Shown one piece after another: positions 18,001 to 29,059 of a stretch of DNA of 64,000 bases. The notes beneath the pieces are model-generated. The model was not told the DNA's origin, searched no databases, and saw only the letters and a program-made list of their open reading frames with translations. Every line of letters begins with the position of its first letter. The stretch's first letter is position 1. This DNA is from Heterodontus francisci (Eukaryota): positions 123,055,593 through 123,119,592 of the forward strand of contig NC_090378.1 of assembly GCF_036365525.1 (NCBI RefSeq). Reading direction: 5' to 3'. The translations under genes and the position numbers were made by a program.

Positions 18001-21000
18001 TCCCACCTCCTGCACTGACACATCCCACAGTTAAAGATAATATATAATAATGGATACACATTCCCACTGCCTGTACTGAAACATCCCACAGTAAAAAATA
18101 ATATATAACAATGGACACACATTCCCACTTCCTGTACTGACACGTCCCACAGTTATATATAATATATAATAATGGACGCACAGTCCCACCTCCTGCACTG
18201 ACACATCCCACAGTTATATATAACATATAATAATGGATACACATTCCCACCTTCTGTACTGACACATCCCACAGTAAACAATAATATATAATAATGGATA
18301 CACAGTCCCACCTCCTGCACTGACACATCCCACAGTTATATATAATATATAATAATGGACACACAGTCCCACCTCCTGCACTGACACATCCCACAGTTAA
18401 AGATAATATATAATAATGGATACACATTTCCACCTCCTGTACAGACACGTCCCACAGTAAAAAATAATATATAATAATGGATACACATTCCCACCTCCTG
18501 TACAGACACATCTCACAGTTATATAAAATATACAATAATGGACACACAGTCCCACCTCCTGTACTGACACAACCCACAGTTATATATAATATATCATAAT
18601 GGAACCACAGTCCCACCTCCTGAACTGACACAACCCACAGTTTTATATAATATATCATAATGGACACACAGTCCCACCTCCTGTACTGACACATCTCACA
18701 GTTATATAAAATATATAATAATGGACACACAGTCCCACCTCCTGTACTGACACAACCCACAGTTATATATAATATATCATAATGGAACCACAGTCCCACC
18801 TCCTGCACTGACACAACCCACAGTTTTATATAATATATAATAATGGACACACAGTCCCACCTCCTGTACTGACACATCTCACAGTTATATAAAATATACA
18901 ATAATGGACACACAGTCCCACCTCCTGTACTGACACATCCCACAGTTATATATAATATATAATAATGGATACACAGTCCCACCTCCTGCACCGACACGTC
19001 CCACAGTAATATATAATATATAATAATGGATACACATTCCCACCTCCTGTACTGACACATCCCACAGTTATATATAATATATAATAATGGATACACAGTC
19101 CCACCTCCTGCACCGACACATCCCACAGTTATATATAATATATAATAATGGATACACATTCCCACCTCCTGCACTGACACATCCCACAGTAAAAAATAAT
19201 ATATAATAATGGATACACAGTCCCACCTCCTGCACCGACACATCCCACAGTAATATATAATATATAATAATGGATACACATTCCCACCTCCTGTACTGAC
19301 ACATCCCACAGTAAAAAATAATATATAATAATGGATACACAGTCCCACCTCCTGCACCGACACATCCCACAGTAATATATAATATATAATAATGGATACA
19401 CATTCCCACCTCCTGTACTGACACATCCCACAGTAAAAAATAATATATAATAATGGATACACAGTCCCACCTCCTGCACTGACACATCCCACAGTTATAT
19501 ATAACATATAATAATGGATACACATTCCCACCTCCTGTACTGACACATCCCACAGTAAAAAATAATATATAATAATGGATACACAGTCCCACCTCCTGCA
19601 CCGACACATCCCACAGTAATATATAATATATAATAATGGATACACATTCCCACCTCCTGTACTGACACATCCCACAGTAAAAAATAATATATAATAATGG
19701 ATACACAGTCCCACCTCCTGCACTGACACATCCCACAGTTATATATAACATATAATAATGGATACACAATCCCACCTCCTGTACTGATACATCCCACAGT
19801 TATATATAACATATAATAATGGATACACAATCCCACCTCCTGTACTGACACATCCCACAGTAAAAAATAATATATAATAATGGATACACATTCCCACCTC
19901 CTGCACTGACACATCCCACAGTAATATATAAAATATAATAATGGATACACAGTCCCACCTCCTGCACTGACACATCCCACAGTTATATATATGTAATAAT
20001 GGATACACATTCCCACTTCCTGTACTGACACATCCCACAGTTATATATAATATATAATAATGGACACACAGTCCCACCTCCTGCACTGACACATCCCACA
20101 GTTATATATAATATGTAATAATGGATACACATTCCCACTTCCTGTACTGACACGTCCCACAGTTATATATAATATATAATAATGGATACACATTCCCAAT
20201 TCCTGTACTGACACGTCCCACAGTTAGAGAAATATATAATAATGGACACACAGTCACGCCTCCTGCACTGATACATCCCACAGTTAGAGATAATATATAA
20301 TAATGGACACACAGTCCCACCTCCTGTACTGACACATCCCACAGTTATATATAATATATAATAATGGACACACAGTCACGCCTCCTGCACTGACACGTCC
20401 CACAGTTATATATAATATATAATAATGGACACACAGTCCCACCTCCTGTACTGACACGTCCCACATTTATATATAACATATAATAATGGACACACAGTCC
20501 CACCTCCTGCACTGACACATCCCACAGTTATATATAATATATAATATTGGACACACATTCCCAATTGCTGTACTGACACATCCCACAGTTATATATAATA
20601 TATAATAATGGACACACAGTCCCACCTCCTGCACCGACACATCCCACAGTAATATATAAAATATAATAATGGATACACAATCCCACCTCCTGCACTGACA
20701 CATCCCACAGTTATATATAATATGTAATAATGGATACACATTCCCACTTCCTGAACTGAAACATCCCACAGTAAAAAATAATATATAACAATGGACACAC
20801 ATTCCCACTTCCTGTACTGACACGTCCCACAGTTATATATAATATATAATAATGGACACACAGTCCCACCTCCTGTACTGACACAACCCACAGTTATATA
20901 TAATATATCATAATGGAAACACAGTCCCACCTCCTGAACTGACACAACCCACAGTTTTATATAATATATCATAATGGACACACAGTCCCACCTCCTGTAC

Positions 21001-23280
21001 TGACACATCTCACAGTTATATAAAATATATAATAATGGACACACAGTCCCACCTCCTGTACTGACACGTCTCACAGTTATATATAATATGTAATAATGGA
21101 TACACATTCCCACTTCCTGAACTGAAACATCCCACAGTAAAAAATAATATATAACAATGGACACACATTCCCACTTCCTGTACTGACACGTCCCACAGTT
21201 ATATAAAATATATAATAATGGACACACAGTCCCACCTCCTGTACTGACACATCCCACAGTTATATATAATATAGAATAATGGACACACAGTCCCACCTCC
21301 TGGACTGACACATCCCACAGTTATATATAATATATAATAATGGACACACAGTCCCACCTCCTGTACTGACACATCTCACAGTTATATAAAATATACAATA
21401 ATGGACACACAGTCCCACCTCCTGTACTGACACATCCCACAGTTATATATAATATATAATAATGGATACACAGTCCCACCTCCTGCACCGACACGTCCCA
21501 CAGTAATATATAATATATAATAATGGATACACATTCCCACCTCCTGTACTGACACATCCCACAGTAAAAAATAATATATAATAATGGATACACAGTCCCA
21601 CCTCCTGCACCGACACATCCCACAGTTTTATATAATATATAATAATGGATACACAGTCCCACCTCCTGTACTGACACAACCCACAGTTATATATAATATA
21701 TCATAATGGAAACACAGTCCCACCTCCTGCACTGACACAACCCACAGTTTTATATAATATATCATAATGGACACACAGTCCCACCTCCTGTACTGACACA
21801 TCTCACAGTTATATAAAATATACAATAATGGACACACAGTCCCACCTCCTGTACTGACACATCCCACAGTTATATATAATATATAATAATGGATACACAG
21901 TCCCACCTCCTGCACCGACACGTCCCACAGTAATATATAATATATAATAATGGATACACATTCCCACCTCCTGTACTGACACATCCCACAGTAAAAAATA
22001 ATATATAATAATGGATACACAGTCCCACCTCCTGCACCGACACATCCCACAGTTTTATATAATATATAATAATGGATACACATTCCCACTTCCTGGACTG
22101 ACACGTCCCACAGTAAAAAATTATATATAATAATGGATACACAGTCCCACCTCCTGCACCGACACATCCCACAGTAATATATAAAATATAATAATGGATA
22201 CACAGTCCCACCTCCTGTACTGACACATCCCTCAGTAAAGAATAATATATAATAATGGATACACATTCCCCATTCCTGTACTGACACGTCCCACAGTTAT
22301 ATATAATATATAATAATGGATACACAGTCCCACCTCCTGCACTGACACATCCCACAGTTATATATAATATATAATAATGGATATACATTCCCACTTCCTG
22401 CACTGACACGTCCCACAGTTATATATAATATGTAATAATGGATACACATTCCCACTTCCTGTACTGACACGTCCCACAGTTATATATAATATATAATAAT
22501 GGATACACATTCCCACCTCCTGAACTGAAACATCCCACAGTATAAAATAATATATGACAATGGACACACATTCCCACTTCCTGTACTGACACATCCCACA
22601 GTTAGATATAATATATAATAATGGACACACAGTCCCACCTCCTGTACTGACACGTCCCACAGTTATATATAATATATAATAATGGACACACATTCCCACT
22701 TCCTGTACTGACACATCCCACAGTTATATATAATATATAATAATGGACACACAGTCCCACCTCCTGTACTGACACAACCCACAGTTAGATATAATATATA
22801 ATAATGGAAACACAGTCCCACCTCCTGAACTGACACAACCCACAGTTTTATATAATATATAATAATGGACACACAGTCCCACCTCCTGTACTGACACATC
22901 TCACAGTTATATAAAATATATAATAATGGACACACAGTCCCACCTCCTGTACTGACACAACCCACAGTTATATATAATATATCATAATGGAAACACAGTC
23001 CCACCTCCTGCACTGACACAACCCACAGTTTTATATAATATATAATAATGGACACACAGTCCCACCTCCTGTACTGACACATCCCACAGTTTTATATAAT
23101 ATATAATAATGGACACACAGTCCCACCTCCTGTACTGACACAACCCACAGTTATATAAAATATATAATAATGGACACACAGTCCCACCTCCTGTACTGAC
23201 ACATCCCACAGTTATATATAATATATAATAATGGACACACAGTCCCACCTCCTGTACTGACACATCCCACAGTTATATTT
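1..23280. repeat. 61-bp tandem satellite/minisatellite array, about 380 copies, running off the left edge of the window
   Basis: Consensus ATGGATACACATTCCCACTTCCTGTACTGACACATCCCACAGTTATATATAATATATAATA repeats head-to-tail with period 61 until about 23280. It explains all the MSVQEVG.../CIHYYILY ORFs. Confidence 0.99.
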
Positions 23281-23719
23281 ATTATCTAATAAGCAGACGG
23301 TGTATTAAAACAGTTGCTTCAATCTCCAGTCTTATATATCTGGGAAATATTTCCTGTTTTGTGCAGTGCTGCCACATGTGTCGATGAGAGTGTTGACAGA
23401 AACATTCCCCTGAACGGTGTGAGGAATTGGGAAAGGATGGAGGAGTTTAGAGAGGACGAGGAGCTGCTGTCTTCATCAGTGAGAATCTCACAGCTCTGGA
23501 GATTTGACATTTTGCTTCATTCGATTCTCTCTGGGTTCTGGTGGAGTCGCTTCATGAGCACAGACTAATTATTGATCATTATTATTGACCCCCCACCCCT
23601 GGTCAGACACCCCAGGTCAGTTACTATGGAAACAGGTTTCTTCTCATCTGATTGGACTATCTGCTTGACACAATTTTCACCAATCAAAATCCAATTTAGA
23701 AAAGTGTCGAAATGAATAA

Positions 23720-24160
23720 AACTGAAATCATAAATAGAAAGCAAACTGAACAAATTAAAGCCTGATGTTATTTTCACTATCCACTACACACTCCTGTCCC
23801 TGTGGTGCCCACTGCAGCCTGAAGGCCTCAAGTGACCCAGCAGACACCCCCTGCTCCTTCTCCAGGGCCACCCGGGTGGGGACAAAGCCGTGGTAGATAG
23901 ACTGGCAGCCAGTGGCACCACCCCCATGGGTCCCATCCAACTCGGGCCAGTGGATGGACACCTTGGCCAGGCCCAGGAGCAGACCCACGAGGAGGGGCCT
24001 CCAACCTGCCCACTCCCCTCTGCACTGGGTGGCCAAAGATCAGGAGCGTGGGCCTGAATTAGAACCAGAGGATGAGGAGCAGCCCCTTCAAATAATGGAA
24101 CAGGGGCCACAACCTCTCCCACTCCATGTAGACATGATCCACCGACTCTGAAACTCACTG
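23720..24160 (-). mobile_element. Tx1-clade non-LTR retrotransposon, degenerate 3' fragment of ORF2
   Basis: Minus-strand translation LLVGLLLGLAKVSIH...RVALEKEQGVSAGSLEAFR.QWAPQG.ECVVD closely parallels the C-terminus of the longer Tx1 copy at 43328-43846. Confidence 0.85.
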
Positions 24161-24399
24161 TTTTCAAATGGTCCATGAGGAAGACCAGAGTCAGCAACAG
24201 AAACATCACATTTACAGAAACACTCCTCCCCTTTTTTCCAGGGCACAGGCAGGTGAGCTCGGTTTGCTGGGAGATTTTCATTTTCCAGGAATTGAGTGGC
24301 TCCAGGTTTTTCCATCTGATGTGGTGGGAAGAGCAGCTGGAAGATTTATCATCGACAAGTAGAATTCCCAACTTTCCCAAGCACGGCGGCATGGAATTC

Positions 24400-24493
24400 A
24401 AACAGAGAGAGAGAGTGAAGCAGAGACAGTAGGAGAGAGAGAGAAACAGAGACAGTGGGAGAGAGAGAATGACAGAAAGAGAGATATTGGGGG
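24400..24493. repeat. GA-rich simple repeat next to the assembly gap
   Basis: (GA)n/(GACA) purine tract. Confidence 0.85.
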
Positions 24494-24652
24494 NNNNNNN
24501 NNNNNNNNNNNNNNNNNNNNNNNNNNNNNNNNNNNNNNNNNNNNNNNNNNNNNNNNNNNNNNNNNNNNNNNNNNNNNNNNNNNNNNNNNNNNNNNNNNNN
24601 NNNNNNNNNNNNNNNNNNNNNNNNNNNNNNNNNNNNNNNNNNNNNNNNNNNN
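24494..24652. other. assembly gap (159 N)
   Basis: Run of n characters. Confidence 1.
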
Positions 24653-24689
24653 GGGAAAGAGCACAAGAGGGACAGCGTGAGAGAGAGAG

Positions 24690-25463
24690 ATGGCTGGTTG
24701 GCCCAGTGGACATTGGGACTCTGACGTCTGGCCTGTATGAGGGTCCCGAGCCTGCCCATGTCATCAGCACTCGCCGGAGCAACTTTCTGGGAGGCAGCCT
24801 CCTAATTGGTCACCTCCACACTCACTGTCCTATTAATGATGGCGGTCAGGCTCCCGAGCCTGCAGGCCCAATCAGAGGGCCCACAGTGATGTCAGGCTGG
24901 CAGCTCCACCGGGAGAGGTGGGCCCTGCTGAAACAGGCAGGCGAGAGTGAGGGCCCCTCAACATGGAGACGCCCTCGGCTGCCTGCAGAGGAATAGTAAA
25001 ATACAAAGGGCTGAAGCCAGTTGGGCCATCAGGTTGAAGAGGGTTAGGGTTAGGAAACTCCTCCACAGGATTATTCACAGGCGGGACTGCAGCTTTTCAT
25101 CCCTGTAGCTCTGTCATTGGGACATAGAGTCTCCGTCTCCGATGGTCCCCTGGCCTGCTGCCGGGAGGGCTCCTCCATTGAACTGGCGGCCTCCACACTC
25201 GGGGGTGGGGAGGCCGCTCCGACGTTGGTAAAATACCAGCACCGGCTCAAAAATGGCCCCTAAATGTGAACTTCATTGCTCTAATTGTCTGCCCATCTCC
25301 ATGGAGCCAGCAGATGACCGGTTCCCAGTACACCCATGGGAAAGTAACCCGGAGGCGGGAATGTGTCAGGGAGCCATGTTGACACGGCTCGTCGTATTTT
25401 TCCCAGTCCTGCCCAACCTCCAAATGAGATCCCCGTCTCCATGGCACCGGGAGAATTCATCCC
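24690..25463. mobile_element. GC-rich non-autonomous interspersed element (possibly PIF/Harbinger-related MITE)
   Basis: Non-coding GC-rich block ending GGGAGAATTCATCCC. A similar terminus (GAAATTCCAGCCC) occurs at about 42365-42377. Family assignment is tentative. Confidence 0.35.
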
Positions 25464-25469
25464 AGTCTG

Positions 25470-26068
25470 TGAGAGACAGAGAGAGAGAAAGTGAGAGAGA
25501 GAGAAAGAGAGAGAGAGTGAGAGGGAGAAAAAGAGAGACAGAGTGAGAAAGAGAGACAAAGTGTGAGAGTGAGAGAGAGAGAAAGAGAAAGACAGCGAGA
25601 GGGAGAAAAATAGAGACAGAGTGAGACTGAATGAGATAGTGAGAGTGAGAAAGAGAGAGAGAGTGAGAGAGAGTGAGAAAGAGAGACAGTGAGTGAGAGA
25701 AAGAGAGAGACAGATTGAGAGAGAGTGTGAGAGAGAGAGAGCGTGTGACAGAGACAGAGTAACAGGGAGTGAGAGAGAGGGACATAATGAGAGAGTGAAA
25801 GAGACAGAGTGAGAGAAAACAATGAGAGAGAGACAGAATGTGAGAGAAACCCAAAGTAGCAGAGACAGAGTGCAACACTCTGTGAACGACACACACAGAC
25901 AGAGACAGACAGAAGCACACATAGAGACAGATACAAATATATATATATGGAGAGAGTGTGAGAGACAGAGACACACATACACACAGGCAAAGAGTGACAG
26001 AGAGAAAGACACAGTGACAGTGAAAGACAGAGAGAGGGTGAGAGTGAGTGAGTGAAACAGAGAGCAGA
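25470..26068. repeat. about 600-bp GA/GACA-rich microsatellite directly abutting the J RSS
   Basis: Strongly purine-biased (GAGA/GAGT/GACA)n on the + strand up to the nonamer at 26069. Confidence 0.95.
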
Positions 26069-26107
26069 GGATATTGTACAGCCCCTGCACTGGAAGCTGT
26101 CAGTGTG
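26069..26107 (+). other. 23-bp-spacer recombination signal sequence (RSS) 5' of the J segment
   Basis: Nonamer GGATATTGT (26069-26077; 7/9 to GGTTTTTGT), exactly 23-bp spacer (26078-26100), heptamer CAGTGTG (26101-26107; 6/7 to CACTGTG). A 23-RSS on J is the kappa-type configuration. Confidence 0.93.
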
Positions 26108-26142
26108 GTTAACGTTCGGTAAAGGAACCAAGCTCAGACTGA
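26108..26142 (+). CDS. IGKJ: Immunoglobulin light chain (kappa / type III / NS4-like) J segment, germline and unrearranged
   Basis: G TTA ACG TTC GGT AAA GGA ACC AAG CTC AGA CTG A = LTFGKGTKLRL with the FGxGT motif. A phase-1 donor GTAAGT follows at 26143. It splices in frame to the C exon (A+GC = Ser, then REKSQPTLTL). Confidence 0.96.
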
Positions 26143-26677
26143 GTAAGTAAACCTCAATCCTCCGTTATTAATCCTTTAAATACTGAAACATTCTAAAACA
26201 CAAATGCTGAATAGTGGAAGGTGTTAGTAAGGAGCTGCAGTCAATGAAATGGTTCATTGAAGAGCACTGTGTATAACAGGGTGCCCAGCTGTATTTCTTT
26301 AGTTACATTCCCCCTTTAACCAGCAAGATATAAGCAACCAACATTTACCGAGTGTGTAGAGGAGATCTGGACGTTTGCAGACTGTGGTCACATTCCTGCT
26401 CCATGGAGTGAAATCCCTCACTAGACTCCTGCCAGTCTCAGTGTGAGCTCTGGGTCTCTGTCACAGTCTCTGATATAACTGATCTCAGCACCAGCACAGT
26501 GAGACACCGAGGTTCCCCCTTCCCCAGCTTTAACTCTGTTCTGTCCACTCCCTGCTTATCTCGTCAAAGTTCTGATGACAAACAGTGACAGCAGGGCTCC
26601 CAATCCAGTGGCTTCAGTGTTCCAGGGTTTTGGGGAGACTCTCAGTTGCTTTGTCTTTGGGTCGAGTTCAGGTCGAT

Positions 26678-27629
26678 TGTTCTGACCAGGTGATGAAAGT
26701 CTCTCGGGGTCTTTCACAGCCTTCACCTGGTCTTACTGTAACAAGATTTAATTTGAAACACACTGTGTTTTGAGCTCCTTCTCGGTGAATCCTTGTTCAC
26801 CGCTTTCCAATTGTGAGGCAAAGAAATGAGCACAAACAGGTTTTCTTAGGTTTAAAGAAGAAAGGTGAAATTTATTAAAACTTAAACTAAAACTCTAATT
26901 CAGTTAACGCGTACGGATACACGCCATGCCCCATGCTAGCATGCATATGCGATACACACATGCAAATAGAGACAGAAAAGAGCAGAAGAAAAATAAAGTG
27001 CAGAGGTTTGAGGCAATCTCTGAAGAGAGTTTTTGTTACTGTGCTTCGAGCTCACTGTAGTCCTTGCTTGTCGGTAGATCTTGCTTTTCATTGGGGCCCA
27101 GTATTCTTCTTAAACTTTGTTCACTGTGGGAGACTTTTCCCTCTTGCGGTTCATATGTCTTCAATGATTTCTGAAGCTGGTGAGAGAGATGAAAGCCGAC
27201 GGGAGAGAGACAGTGGCAAGCCAGCCTTGAAAAGTCTTTTCAGTCCAGGAGCAAACAGCTTTCTGAGTTCAAATTCTCTGTGGCAAGTTCAAATTCAAAA
27301 AACTACAACAGCCAGTTAGTCATGTGACTAAACTGGTCTGACCATGTCCGATGGTGTAGTCGGCCATCTTAGCAGTCAAGCTGGAATGGGAGCTCCTCCA
27401 CCCTCAATGTCTGGTAATCAAAAGTCCATTGTGGATTGAATTTGTCAGGAAATGGTCTTTTGTCCCTTCCAAGTACTGTCTGTTATTATGCCAATGTCTT
27501 TCCAGTCAAGGGCGTGGTGCTGTTTTTTAAAAACAAGTTCTTTCTTTACTCCAGCAACAGATTAAAAAGCAGTGTTCATATGGCGAAATTAATGTGCCTC
27601 ATTCTTGGCAGGTGGGGGCCTGCATGACA
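26678..27629 (-). mobile_element. solo LTR in the J-C intron
   Basis: About 950-bp non-coding block with TGT...ACA termini (minus strand TGTCATGCAGG...CACCTGGTCAGAACA). It has a minus-strand AATAAA (TTTATT at 26871) and only an imperfect flanking duplication (TCGAT / CTGAT). Confidence 0.7.
26960..26967 (+). promoter_or_regulatory. perfect octamer motif ATGCAAAT inside the intronic LTR
   Basis: Exact match to the Oct-1/Oct-2 site of Ig promoters and enhancers; function not shown. Confidence 0.4.
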
Positions 27630-27631
27630 CT

Positions 27632-27835
27632 GATATTTATCTCTGAACCGACGTCACTGAAAATGTTCATTTACCTCATTGCTGTTTGTGGGATCTTGCT
27701 GTGCACAAATTGTCTGCCACATTTCCTACATTCCAACAGTGACTGCTCTTTAAACAAGTCCTTCATTGTCTGTAAATGACTTTGGGAGGTCCTGAGGTGT
27801 GAAATACTCGATATAAATACAAGTCTTTCTTCTCT
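27632..27835 (+). mobile_element. Deu-domain SINE (SacSINE1/AmnSINE1-like), 3' part
   Basis: CATTGCTGTTTGTGGGATCTTGCTGTGCACAAATTG...CTTTGGGAGGTCCTGAGG...ATATAAATACAAGTCTTTCTT, parallel to the fuller copy at 28240-28631. Confidence 0.75.
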
Positions 27836-28239
27836 TTTTATTAACCGGGAGCTCCCACAATACCCCTGTTGATTAAAGCTGAACCCAGCAGAAAATCCAC
27901 AGAAAACTGACTAATGTTTGTCTGATTTGTCTGTGTGTTTATTATACATGTCCGAGCAGATAGCAAGAGTTTCAGCAGCAACAAAGGTGTTACTCTAGTG
28001 CCCCTCCCACTTTCCCCATCAACTTACATAATACTTACGGGGAAAGGGCTCAGCACCTGCCATCGACTGGTTAAATGTCACCCCTCTAGACTACAGGTCT
28101 CCCACAATCTGCTCTCCATCTCTCTCCTGAAGGCACTATCTCTGGCTGGGGCACAGCTCCACCCTCCCCAAGTGGCCTCATTCCTCCAAGTGTGAGCCGG
28201 GAGGTTGAGAATGGCAGGCTATTCGACTGTGAGGTGTTA

Positions 28240-28631
28240 GTGTTGCCTCAGTGGGTAACACTCTCACCTCTGAGTCAGAATGTCGTGGCTTCAGGTCCCA
28301 CTCCAGAGACTGGAGCACATAATCCAGGCTGACACTGCAGTGCAGTATTGAGGGAGTGCTGCATTGTCAGAGGTGCTGTCTTTCAGATGAGACAAACTGA
28401 CGTCTGCCCTCTCAGGTGAATGTAAAGGATCCCACTGCGCTATTAGAAGAGCAGGGGAGTTCTCCTCGGTGTTCTGGACAATGTTTATCACTCAACCAAC
28501 AGCACTGAAAATCAGATTATCTGCTCATTATCACTCAGCTGTCTGGGATCTTGCTGTGCACAATTGGCCATAAAACACTTTGGGACATCCTGAGGTGGTG
28601 ACAGGCACTATAGAAATGCAAGTCTTTCTTT
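28240..28631 (+). mobile_element. Deu-domain SINE (SacSINE1/AmnSINE1-like), near full length
   Basis: tRNA-like head, GCAGTATTGAGGGAGTGCTGCATTGTCAGAGGTGC body and GGCACTATAGAAATGCAAGTCTTTCTTT 3' end. Confidence 0.8.
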
Positions 28632-29059
28632 GAGTTTGGAGGCTCCTGATCCTGACCCTCGCGCACACTCTCACCTTCCAGGGGTCATGGGATCATTTGG
28701 AGCAGTGACCCTGCCTGACCCCAGTACACTGAGACTGATTATAACCTCACCCTTGACCTCACCCCAGTGTTGGACAAGAAGGTTTTAAATGAAATCGAAA
28801 ACCTTCCACACCGACACCCAACATGAATCCTTTCTGACATGTGTTGATACAAGTCTGCTCCAGTGTTCTCGGAGAAAGTTCTCCGGATGTGTGTGTGATC
28901 TGAGATTTGTTAACACTGAGCCTGTTTCCTCCAGATAGACTGATCTACAGTTCAAGCTTCCTGTCAGGTTAACAGTGTCTTAAAGGGACACTGAGTCTTT
29001 AAACACTCTTACTATTAACCATTTCAGTGCTGAATTGGTGACAAACCTTCATTCGAGAC

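Noticed and set aside
531-23263. Many minus-strand Cys/Tyr/Ile-rich ORFs, up to 911 aa
   Set aside because: Translations of the 61-bp satellite. ORF length only tracks variants that remove the TAA, and there is no codon or domain signal.
26265-26271. CACTGTG heptamer suggesting a second J
   Set aside because: No nonamer at 12 or 23 bp and no FGxG coding sequence after it
27128-27141. kappaB-like site GGGAGACTTTTCCC in the LTR
   Set aside because: Does not fit GGGRNNYYCC spacing on either strand
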